Source: Chara braunii (lineage: Eukaryota > Plantae > Charophyceae). From it: 64,000 nt of DNA. The stretch spans positions 4,506,964-4,570,963 of the forward strand of contig BFEA01000021.1 of assembly GCA_003427395.1 (NCBI GenBank). Direction: 5' to 3'. The stretch's first letter is position 1. Every line of letters begins with the position of its first letter. Positions 13,760 to 24,769 of this stretch are shown piece by piece. The position numbers and the translations under genes are program-made. A model generated the notes under the pieces. It did no database searches and was not told the origin of the DNA. It saw only the letters and a program-made list of their open reading frames with translations.

Positions 13760-13769
13760 GTTGTCTGGT
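10509..13769 (-). mobile_element. Non-autonomous poly(A) retroposon with an internal ~1.86-kb-period duplication, inserted in ORF1
   Basis: T-rich tail 10508-10556, pseudoknot module 10562-10677; TSD gcagagagtgt (10498-10508) / gcatagagtgt (13770-13780); host frame rejoins as ITVLTL-S/Y-AESLFK. Confidence 0.8.
11476..12438 (-). CDS. Hypothetical 320-aa ORF with acidic helical N-half and poly-Asn tract, inside the retroposon
   Basis: Open ORF; 3' half duplicated at 13341-13760; no family recognised. Confidence 0.3.
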   Translation of the reverse strand: MGVRWRGFRGGSYLQMASMGDKQRGVGEWISPIRAARCRLQVMVDALRSQLGAQFEADGGAASSNPPFREVMRNMMQIIWELEEDGLMHGQQEETLKRCCYDIFEEGQDVYAALEEEWYLHFGTEDEDNTDASIISCDEIREGQTRGDDVLAIDKHANDINKFVQVRGTNMGIVSLGVRDNNDNNNNNNNNNNNNNISSNNTYSNHDTEIVDAGNTMIVVHDTGTSMEIVSSCMPDYNNKNYNNISNKNDINNTNNDSVVSMVGVSALSPSPFSALVSFLLCDHVDDPGGGRQGCLNGSFSILDGCGGELGVGWVCEGVG

Positions 13770-14556
13770 GCATAGAGTGTCAAAACTGTGATCGCAGATG
13801 CGCCTGCTGTCTCCACTAGAAAATGGTCTCCCACATCCTTGTGTGTGCGTTTGATGGCCCGTAGACGTGCATTAACCCATTTCAGTTTTTCGTTCATGCG
13901 AACTAATGCAATTTCTTTGGCGAATTCGAATTGCATTGCACTATGAGAGTAAATGGCCGTTTTATTGGCCATTGCCGGTGCGGAGAAGAGCGAGAGGGGG
14001 TAGATGTATCCATCCTCCTCTTGGAATTTCTTCTCCGGTGGCACGTGCAATTTGAATATAAAGTGACCTCTCAGCGGCTGGATGGGGTCCAGTGAGAGGA
14101 GTTTGTTTGTTGCCGTTTGGCCAGTAGAGGTTAGCGCCGCAATAAGCGTCGACGATTGCTGGCCTTTGTTGATTGGTGGGGGCGCCAGCTGATTCTGGGT
14201 CCTCAGTTTTTCAGCCCATGTCATCTGTCCCTTTGGGAAGCCTGTTGCAACCCTGGCGCCTCCCCCCTGTGTCAGCGCTGCCATAGTTTGTGCTGCCGAG
14301 TCCGTATTTGCGTTTGCTATGACTGAGGTTTGTCGTGCGGCAGGCTGGATTGGCATGCTGTGTCTGGGTTGCCAGGGGGGGAGTGTTGAGTGGAGGTTTC
14401 TGGGCTAGTTGTTACTCGACTGCCCTTCTTCTCTTCCCCCCTATCCCTGTCCTTTCCCCCGCGACACTGTGTCAGATGGGTCGTGTGCCAGTCCCCTTCA
14501 CTATCACTCCTATAGGCCTATCACTCGTATAGACCCAAGCGCCGTGGAACTCGCTT

Positions 14557-14566
14557 GTTTTGTTTT

Positions 14567-14600
<34 letters not shown>

Positions 14601-16340
14601 CTCTTGCGTTATCCCTCTATCCTGGCTGTGGTAAGAGAACCGTCAGAATTGAGGGCTTATCTGTCGGGCTGCTCCATCTATTGGTGGGGAGCGACACCTG
14701 CTGGAAAACGGGTCCAGCGTCCCATTGATACAACTTTACAATACAGATATAATACAGATATTTATGTTTGTTGTTTTCTAGGGCTGTGGTGATACATGTC
14801 TCTTCCCGGGGCTCCATTGTCCCTTGGAGCTGCTGTTTTCCCCCTTCACTTCATGGAGTACCTACTTTACTATCAGCCCAGCCCTAGTTCTGCAGCCCCC
14901 CTGAAATGAGAGAGTCCTGTTCAGCAATTCCTCTGTGCAATGTTACTATGAGGTGTATCCTATGGAATGAATAGTGAAGTCTTTCTCACCGGGCAAGGCA
15001 GCATGTAGTTGTTGGAGGTTTGATGTTTTGAAGTCTGTTCCAATTGGTCGAGGTTGTCAGATGGAGGGTATATGCGAGTGAGGGGGAGGGAGGGGGAGGA
15101 TGGGGCGATGTGTTCCAATAGGAGGGAAATGGTCGGGGTTTGCATGAGGCGAGAGAAGGATGGGGGGCGAGGTTATGCCTGGCCAAGTTGATGATAAGGA
15201 ATCTGCCTCGCTTTGTTCTTCTGTGCCGATCTTGGATTCTTGTTCCTTCCGTTTATGTGACACTCCCCCCTCCCCCCTTCACGCCCGCTTACGACACAAT
15301 CTGCCACGCTTCATGCCGGCATGAACTCCTACTTCTCTCCCCGATTGCAGAGACCTCTGTTTTCCTGTCTTCACGCCGCAGCCCTATTGTCATGGCCTTG
15401 TCGTATCACCCTTTGCCATCTGTGCTCTTTGACCAGTTTCCGTCGCACCCACGCCCGCGCCTCCCCTCTCAGTTCCCCTATCCTTCAGAGTCTCCCTTCA
15501 CCTCCAGTGGCGTTTCCTTGCTTTTCTGTCACTCCCCGCTACCTGACCTCCTAGACCTCCCCTCTTTGCTGTGTTCGCGTCGTCTTCTCTGGATCCGGAT
15601 GCGCCGCTTTTCGTTTCTCGGCACGCTTCTCTTCTTCTTCTTCGGGAGTGTTCACGTCGTCTTCCACCCTCGTCGTCGCACTTGGTAACTATCATTCCTC
15701 TTCCTCTACAGTCTACCAGTGCTTCTCTATTCTCCTGTTCGCGCCGCACGTGCTTCAGATCCGTCCGCCAATCTCGTTATACCCACCCCACCGGACGCGC
15801 ACCCACCCCACCGGACGCGCACGTTGTTTTCCTCTATCCAACTGCCTTCACTTCCCACTATCTTTCATTTTTCAGTTATCGCATTAGGGTTATCAACACG
15901 TTTTCACTGAGTGTCCATTTCCTTACGCAAGGGCGTCTTTCGTCGACTGCAGGATGCTCGTATCCTGTCCTCTTCGTCGCTCCCTCATCCGAACCACACC
16001 ATATTCCTTACCTCCTGAGTAACTCCTTCTCCAACGGCGATGGTGTCAATGCTTTTCGTCCACCTCGAAGTTGTCAAGGTTTCAGGTCACAAGACCGCCA
16101 GGCCCACCGGCTGGTTCGCTCCCTACGCACTCGCTATTTCCCCTGGTGCATTCTGACTCACATGCAAAGCGCACCCCCTATCCCACTATCCTACCTCAGT
16201 GTGACCAGCACTCAGAACCATTACCCTACCAATGGGCAGGTAACTTGCTTCTTCTTCTTTCTTTCTTTCTTCTTATTCTTCTTATTCTTTCCCTCCCTCT
16301 CCTCTAAAGTTCATTCATTTATTTTTGCCATTGGACGACA
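14557..16340 (-). mobile_element. Poly(A) retroposon 3' end with pseudoknot module and type-2 terminal hairpin; upstream extent uncertain
   Basis: Poly-T to 14596, module 14597-14723; segment 16165-16247 recurs at 24607-24690. Confidence 0.55.
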
Positions 16341-16409
16341 TTGTACTTTCTCATGATAGTGTACTTCAAAATTGGCCAGGAACATAACATTGGCATCGGA
16401 GTGAATTCT

Positions 16410-19400
16410 ACTTGCTGGTGAGAGTTGACTTAAATACCCTAACCCTCACCTAAGTGGTTAGGCCAGACCACTTAGGGTTAGGGTTGGTCCGCAGTGGGAC
16501 GTGGGCCAGGGTGGATTGGGGAAGCTTCCCCCACCGGGTTAGGTCGTGTTGGGTCGACACTAAACCTGACCAAGTTGATTGAGAGTGAGCTTGTGGTGGT
16601 GAGACACATCAAGACGACTTCATGCGACAATTTGGGAGAGGCGGCAGTGAGCGACACTCACACATGGAATCAGACCTAAGGGAGAGACTTGGTGACTTAA
16701 GGGTCTCCATCAAGTAGGTGATCTTAAGGGAGGTAGCCATTCCGCATCTACGGACTGCAGGTTGCTACTTTGTTCTTCAACATCGGTGGGGGATCCGGCG
16801 TTGCACTTTGGTGTTAGAGTCAGACCTTCCTACATGATAGGCCACTAGTGTAGAGGTAGCAAATAGGGTTAGGAGGACTATATGAGGAGGGGGGGTAGTT
16901 ATAATTCACCTTAGACTCCGGGGTACTCAGGTAAGTGTCGTGCATCTAAGGGTTGCCCATGTGTGTGTGCACGGTATTGTTTGCCTTGTTGAGGTACTTT
17001 TGGGTCTCTTTCCTACTCCTATGAAGTCTTGGTTGTGTGCATCGGTGTCCAAACTACTTACTGACCTGAATGATGGAGAGATGACGTATCTTGCTTTGAA
17101 TGTCATATCTTTCTAGTAGTTTCTAGATTGTTTTGTCTTTTTCATTATGAATAGATGTAGTATGTAGGTTCTCTCTTAAAGTTAAAAATTGTTTTTCAGT
17201 ACGGTAGAGGCAGGAAGGAGGACCTTGTGGTACTCTTCTTGCTTGGGACTTGATCGCGACCTACGTGGGACCCCTTGGGACTCAGTAGGACCAGGCCCAA
17301 ACAAGAAGGGCCCCTTGGACTCAAATCTGATGCAGTGTCGCTCTCTTTTCCGTCTAGAATTTGTTGCTTTTCTTTTTTATTAGAGCACACGTTGTCGAGG
17401 GGATCTCAGCTGAGATGTTTTGCGGGCTAATAACACACAATCTGATGCTTGACCCGCACCTTATACACCACTCAATTCTCCATTGTTGTATGTCGTCACT
17501 TGTAGTCTGATTTGTTGTACTTTGACGGTGCCGATCGGATTAGGCTCGAGGGGATCTCATACTTGGTCTGGCCGGACTAAAAAGTGGAGTCAGAACTCTC
17601 TTCTAAATTATCTTTATTTTATTTTTTTGTTAGTTGCTCTCTGGTCCAAATATTTTGTCGCTCCGGCTATGAGTTCTACCTTCTCTGCTTGTGCTTTTTA
17701 GTCTGTTTATTTTATTGAAGTCCGTTTTATGTCCCTCACGACGCGTGGATAAGAGAGAAGAGAGAGAGAGGTCGTGGCAACTGAAGGATCTAGTAGTTCC
17801 AACATGGCACCAACCAAGCTTTCTGAGATCCTAAGGCCGCAAGTGGATGCAGCGGATTACAAGGATAAACCGTTGTACCTGACCCTCTACCAAAAGGAAA
17901 TGGCCAAGGAGGAGGAGGAAGAGGCTAAGCGGAAAGCAGTCGCTCAAGGTCTCGAGACTATTTTCAAAACAGTCTCAACCATGTCTGATGTAGATATCAA
18001 GAAAAATCTGGTCATGTACGTACGATCCCTCATAGATTGTCATTTGCTCAACGAGTTTTCAAGTATAAAGTCCCAACTACTCGACGAAATGAGTCGGCTG
18101 CGTACTAGATGGCAGATATGGCCAAGCAGCATCACAATCAGATACAACAATTTACAATCATGCATCAGACCCAAATTTCAAACTCTCTTCCCCTACCTCT
18201 CGTTGCTAACCGTTATACCTTTGCACCTCTCCATAATTCTTCCTCTTCTTATTCTTCTTCGTTAAGCTTGGTGGCAAGTCTTTCAAGACCTACAACAAGT
18301 GCAGATTCCGTTGCCGCTACAAGTGACAGCACATGAAATTTTGCAACTGGTGCGGCCTTGAGATCGGACCCAGCAATGGCTGGTCCCAGCTATAGCAGTC
18401 CATACATGGACAGAAAGGCGGTGATGATACCGTCCAGATACGATGACAAAGGAGATGTTGAGTCTTGGATCAGCTCCATGAGAGCTGACTTTGAGATACA
18501 GGATACTCAAAGAGCGAACCAGTTCTTGATCCTAGGGACGAACGTCGAGGCTGTCATAAGAGGTTTCCTAGAAGTCCAAGCTTTGCAAGCTGAGTATCCA
18601 AAGATCGATCAAACGAAGTGGTTTAAAGTTACATCGGTTGTTGCTCTCGAAGAGATACTAATTGCGATGTACAAGGAACCACATGCTGCAACTAGAGTAA
18701 GGATCCAACTTTACGAGCTTAAGCGCAACAAGTGGTAGGGCACCATGCACAAATTGCAGTTGCATGTCAACAAACTCTTTGCGACACCGGGATTGTAACT
18801 GATAGCGCAATCGTGTTTGGATGTTGTCAAAGGTACAATTCTCACCACTTTCACAAATTGCCTAGGCAGGGATTTCTTTGGTTATACAATTATATTAATT
18901 GGTTTTCCTTAATGAAGGATGTAGTTAATCTCGAGGTATGAGACCTCTTTACCACAGCAAGCAGCAAAAAAAATGTTTGTTCGTAGACGGTTTCGTGATA
19001 GCAACCGTCTTCTTGTGCTTGACTTGATGGAGGTAAAAGGGAAGGCCGAAGCAAATGACCCCACTCTCGGCGACAACCAAAAACAGAATGTTGATACAGC
19101 CTATTCTTCAACCTAAGAATCCAAGATCAATAACAAAGAGGAAAATTTTGCTGCCTTCAAAAAGTTTGTCAAAACTGAAACTCAGTAAGAGAGTCAAAAT
19201 CCCAACCAATCTGGAGGACGCAAGTAGTAAACCTTGGGTTAAGCTCCGGATCAGTGAGAGATTGAACTCAAAAACAATGTAGTTGAGGTTTTAATATCAC
19301 AGAAAAACTACATCGTGAGTGCACGTCGGCACGCCACTAGTTCATGCAATCGTGCACGCGACTAGTATGTGCAACAGACCTTCTACAACACCTCCCTCAC

Positions 19401-20520
19401 TTTCGCCCTACACGAAGTTCAACGGTGTGAACTTCAATGCTATCGGTGGTTAAATACCCGCTCGCGACTCATCTACTCCGTGAGGATCACGTTTTCTTGA
19501 GCCGAAAAAAAAAAAGAAAAAGAAAAAGCAAAACCAAAAAATACTCAAAAATGCGTAAAATAAATATCGAGCAAAAATCAAGCCAAATTCATTCTCCGTA
19601 GTGACTTGGATACTATGTGCTTTCACACATTTCTCCGAGTCTGGAGGTCGTCTTCCCGATACCATTCTTTTTCTCAGTCGTGAATGCGCCAGCTTGACGG
19701 CGTGCACTTGCTTCATGCTACATTTGTCTTTATGTGTCTCGCCGAATTTTGTCTCACTCCACAGTCTTGGATCCGTTTCACGTGTCGTTGATATCTGACC
19801 GGAGTCGCAGTAACCGGCCTATGGATCCGTTCACCAGTGAGCAGGACTCGCGCCCTTCTGAGGGTCTCCGGATCAGTGAGGTTGAATGAAAGGCTAAATT
19901 AAAGAAAGGAGGTTGCATGCATTGCCAAAGAACTAATCATAAGGTCCAAGGATGCTTTAGGCTACAGGGAAACTTGAATCAGGCGTAGAGGGTTCATCAA
20001 CACACTCTACATAACAAGGGAGTATGAACCGATCAGTGATAATTCTCCCAAAAAACATGTTATGGTCCAGTAGTCTTCCCTTGAAGTCCCAACTTCTTGA
20101 TTCCAGGGCTAATGCTTGTCATGCCTTGTATGTTGAGTCTTGGAAGGAGTCTGAGAAGGTCGACTTTCACTATCACCTAAAGCATTGAGCTGAGATGAAA
20201 CAACAACATGCTCAAGAGACAACGAAGTTAATTTGCTTCGAACTTCTCATTAAACACCACTATCTTTGTGTCTTGATTGATTATGGTGCCACAATGAACT
20301 TTATGTCACCACACGGGATACGCAAAGTGGGCTTCAGGATGAAGCAAGTGGCTTTGCAGAACCCTTGTCGGACTCAAGTAGGCAACAAAGAGGTTGTCTC
20401 ATCCACACATGCAGTCAAAGGTGTGCACACTACCTTTGACAAAGATAAGATGATCACACACGCATTGAACTTCTTCATTATGATCTCCCTCTCGTTGCTT
20501 TGAGAAAGGCAGCTAACCTG
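16410..20520 (+). mobile_element. Degenerate Ty3/Gypsy element: probable 5' LTR, PBS-like site, gag, zinc knuckle, protease
   Basis: aagtggagtcagaac at ~17582 resembles the tRNA-Met PBS tggtatcagagc; gag-like PSRYDDKGDVESWISSM; CMHCQRTNHKVQGC at ~19914; VLIDYGATMNFMS. Confidence 0.8.
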
Positions 20521-21529
20521 CATGAAAGCCCAATATTTACCTCACCGGTGAAGCAGCTAAGGGTGTATGCTTTTATCATCACTACTACTAGTTGTGAGTA
20601 CTGGTAATTTTTCTTTAAACCACTAGTACCTTTGTCGGTTATGAGAGGCCAAAACAAAATGACGGTCATCGATAAGATTTATCAACGACAGTCATTGTCG
20701 GGCCCGACATCCTTAAAGTTTGAGGATAGGCTAAATTTATCCCCAAAGTCATGCTAGTTAACGAGCCACGAGTTAAAAAAAAATGTCCGCAACTCTCAAC
20801 AGGCAACCTTCCTACCATGTCTCTACGGGGTTAAACAACAAGCACTTCCTAAAGTCATGCCCGTTAACGAGCCACGAGTTTAGGAAACGTACGGGTCACT
20901 ACAGGAGCGCCCAAATTTATCTGACTAGAAATGTTTTTACTCTATTTTTTTCCACCGCCGATAGCTGACCCAAGTACAAATGGTTTCATATTGGCCAAGT
21001 ACAGATGGTTTCAGAGCTCTCCATACACAGTTAACCCTTAACAAGGTTAACGCTATCGAACTAAGCCTGGTTGTAAAAATATCCATCCACTTACTCAAAC
21101 TTCAAACAAGGTTAACCCTAATAAGGAGCTATCCAGATCGAAAGAGAGGTTCATTACTTATCCAAAATTCAAACAAGGCAGTAAGCTAAAAGCTAAGGAG
21201 TAGTAAGGACCCAATACCTATAGCCTATAGGGTAACCACAATGATTGACCACTTCTTCCTTTCAAATTGCACACCAGCAACGAAAGAAGAATAGGGTTGC
21301 CAGCCATGCGAAGTCACGCACTATTCGTGAGCCACGTCCTGAAAAATTCACCCCAAATTCACAGAACGGGGCAAACCGCAAATAAATCAACGGAGACGTA
21401 AAAAGTTAAAAACTTACTAAAAAGTAGTCACTCCCTCCTGGACAAAGCACGAGCAGCAGAGTGAACCTTATGCAAGCCAAGTTAGCTAACAAAATTCACC
21501 CTACATTCCGCGAGAGGAACAAACCACTA

Positions 21530-23367
21530 GCGGGTATCCAGGGAAGGGAGGGTCGATAAGGTGGGCCTGATTCATAAAGTTCGACCGGAAGATGTGTTGA
21601 TCGAGTGGTTCAGTATAAGAGTAAACGGAGGACTGGAGGGAAGCCAGGACCCCTTCCATTGGATTTTGAAGGAGGGCCTACATAGAATCAGGGTAATCGA
21701 GGAAGGAGATAACCGGCAGGCCTTTTTCTCTGAGATAGCCATAGAAGATCTGCCAATAGACCCGTTAGAGTGGGTTTGGAACTCCGACACAAGGTACAAC
21801 CCACGGCAACCAAAACCGAAAATATTGTCAGGCGTATCGGTGAAAGCAACGTATAGAATGCTCAGAGCAAAGCGTTGCCTAAAAGACACAGTGATCGACA
21901 GATGGCAGAAACACCTAAATGTGGAGAGACATCTTCTCACACCGATACGGTGGTTCTGCGACATCAAGTGCAGATCTGCGAAAATTACATCCTTACAGTG
22001 ACAGATCTTGCATAGGTGCTTACCCACAAACGACTGGCTGATCGATCACTCGCGGTTCGAAGAACAAGGTCGGGCGCTACCTTGGTGCTCCCGATGCCTA
22101 TTGGGTTTCCCAGCTCAAATGAGAGCAGAGACAATTGAGCACATATTTTTGCAATGCCTGGCAGCAACTTTGACCTGGAGATGGTGGGATAGGGTCTGGC
22201 AACAAATGGTTCCGGGATATCCATGGCCGTGGGATTGGCGCGCCATCCTACTGGGCCACTACCCACCCTTCAAAGACAACATCTTTGTATCGAACATGTT
22301 TCATCTGTCCCGAAGAACGATCCTGTGGGTCATGTGGTAGCAGCGTTGTATCCTATCCTTATACCAGGTCCGGGTAGAGGGAGAAGAAAGGATTGAGCAA
22401 CTCAAAATGCATTCCAACTGGAACTCTCGCATAAGTGGAGGTCAACCGAGCAATCACTTGATAATTTCCATAGATCAAAAGACATCCGGGAACGATTATT
22501 ACAGTTCTCCAGGGAATGGCTGGGCGGGATCCGGGAGGGATGGGTTGCTGAAGTATGCTGGGCAGGGGATTGGGAAGGAGAGGAGGGAAGGGAAGGCAGC
22601 CAAGGAGAGGAAGTCCCAAGGGACTATCGCCTGAGATTTCGATAGATTCAAGTATCCTTCTGAGACCTGCAGAGGATTTTCCAGACCCGTTTCCCCCCTC
22701 CCCCAGGGTCTCTGGAAATACGTCTATAAACCCCTGCCCAGTGAATCCCTCAGACTTTCAGAACCCACTCCTGCTGCAAAAGCTTCTAACCTTCTTCCTT
22801 TTCCCTACCTTATTTAGTTTTTCTGACGAAGCAAGGGCGGGTCCGACAGAGGTCAGTATTGAAGCAAAGTTTTTTTGGGAGTGATCCTTTTTCGGGGATG
22901 GGCAGGGTGATGGGAGGAGGCCCCACTGGTGCCCCCCAGTAGCTCCCCCCGAATCCCTGACCAAACAAAAGGTAGAAGAAGGAGAGTGGGACAAGCTGAT
23001 TTTTTCAAAGCTGGCAAGCTTTTTCCAGTCATTTTCCAGTTTCTTTTTTGGAGGAACTAGGGTGTAGCAGCGGGTATCCGGCATCGGGTTCAGGGCGAAG
23101 AGGTTCGCCTCCTTTGTTCCTTCTTTTCAATAACCTGCTCAGTCAATCCCCTGGATCCTAGGGTAATCAATGCCGGTAGGAACTTCCTACATTGTTTCTC
23201 TGATGTACTCTAATTTCAGTCTGTATATGGGACGCTGGACTCATTTTCCAGCAGGTGATGCTCCGCACCAGTAGATGGAGCCTCTCCCCAGGTGCTAGTG
23301 GTGTCTGCTCTTATCAGCACCACTAACACTGGTGGGGGTGTTTCACAAAAAAAAAAAAAAAAAAAAA
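21530..23367 (+). mobile_element. 5'-truncated LINE (ORF2 C-terminus with zf-RVT, 3' UTR, pseudoknot module, poly(A))
   Basis: HRCLPTNDW..CSRC..ETIEHIFLQC; 15-bp TSD aggaacaaaccacta at 21515-21529 and 23368-23382. Confidence 0.93.
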
Positions 23368-23392
23368 AGGAACAAACCACTAACCCAACCTT

Positions 23393-23586
23393 TTTTCTTT
23401 TTTCTTTTTTAACAGAAAACAGCCCGGGAGGGTGCTAGGGGTGCTCTGTTTTTTTTTTTGCTCTGATAGGAGGAGGCACCGCTAGCATTGCCCGGGGTGG
23501 CTCCATCTATTGGCGCGGAGCAGCACGTGCTGGAAAACGGGTCCAGCGTCCCAAAACATTGCAGATGCTTTAGTTGAGCAGACATG
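23393..23586 (-). mobile_element. ~190-bp retroposed 3' end consisting almost only of the RNA module
   Basis: Poly-T to 23410, module 23411-23552; TSD cccaacctt at 23384-23392 and 23587-23595. Confidence 0.85.
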
Positions 23587-24769
23587 CCCAACCTTGAACC
23601 ACCAGTACTTCCTAAAGTTGCGCCCGTTAACGAGCCACCATTTTACGAAACGTACGGGCCACTACAGGAGCGCCCAAATTCATCCGACTAGAAACGTTTC
23701 TACTCTAGTTTTTTTTCCACGGCCGATAGCTGGGTCATGTACTGGTGGTTTACCTCAAATAATGCAGCAGAAGGGTAAAATGTTGCTACTCTCTCCCGAA
23801 CAGAGTGCCAGCAAACGGAGAGGGACCAGTGTTGCCAGCCTGTGGGCTCACCCACGCCTCTATCCAAAATCCCTTCCAAGGTCAAACAGATCGCGGCAAT
23901 GACGAAAAATTAGGGTCGCCAACCAACCCATGAGCTCTCGTACAGTTCCTTTCGAGCAAAAACGATTTTTCATAAACCTCCGTCAATCACCATGCAATTA
24001 GGAGCCCCTAACAAACCTAACAAAGTTAGCCACCATCCTGAAAATGAAAGAAGCAAGATTCATTTAGGCAAAACTTATAGACAAAGCAACAGAGCTACCA
24101 GCGAGTCCACATTCGGCACCCGTGGGTGAGGTCCCACTAGCAAAGAGGATTGGATTAAGCTCCTGAATCTGGACGTGTTTTGAGAAGAGATGCAGAAAAG
24201 CAGTTAAATGTCAATTTTCTGCATCTATCCACGTACACGTCTAGCTTCACACGCTCAATCCAATTACATTTGCTAGTGGGGCCTAGCCCCTTGGTAGCAT
24301 GTCAAGGAAGGAGGCAAGGCAACTGAGCCCCCAATAAAAGTCACGCCAAGGACAACTAATGACAACTGATGAAAACCTCAAAGCGCACATTCATCCAGTC
24401 ATAGTACGATGTGCAGGAGGCGGCCACTGCTCTTTTGTTTTTACTTTTTCTTTTTCTTTTTCTTTAAATTTTCTTTTGTTTTTGTTTTTCCTCCCAAGGT
24501 GTTGTAGAGGCCAACGACTGGACCCATGCTGATCGTTGGCAGCAGCAGCCGATGGTTGTCCTGCCAGCATAGGCCACCTTACCTACACTTCCTCACGTTA
24601 ATACTCCAAGTGCACCCCCTATCCCTTCTATCCTACGTCAATGTGACCAGCAGTCAGGACCATCACCCTACCAGTACCGAGGGGAACTTGGACCAGACAG
24701 CAGTGACAAGCACCGAGGCTGAGGCAGCTACTGCAACACGTCTACAACAGCATGCAACAGGACAACAAG

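Larger units (their letters stand above)
5859..14356 (-). pseudogene. LINE family A very long ORF1 (fragmented): N-terminal region, zinc-knuckle-like motif, Q/P-rich spacer, conserved C-terminal domain
   Basis: Collinear minus-strand ORFs 13652-14356, 9759-10500 (CYACKVRGHLC), 8853-9404, 7282-8031, 5859-6785; interrupted by insertions at ~6915-7240 and 10509-13769. Confidence 0.7.
20835..23745. repeat. ~140-bp dispersed repeat pair (20840-20980, 23605-23742) belonging to an unclassified host element
   Basis: acttcctaaagt..cccgttaacgagccac..aaacgtacggg.cactacaggagcgcccaaatt in both. Confidence 0.7.

Noticed and set aside
16431-16486. Telomere-like TTAGGG/CCCTAA
   Set aside because: Only about two units per strand inside a probable LTR; not an array
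20621-20640. CACTA transposon terminus (cactagtacc)
   Set aside because: No matching opposite TIR or 3-bp TSD could be confirmed
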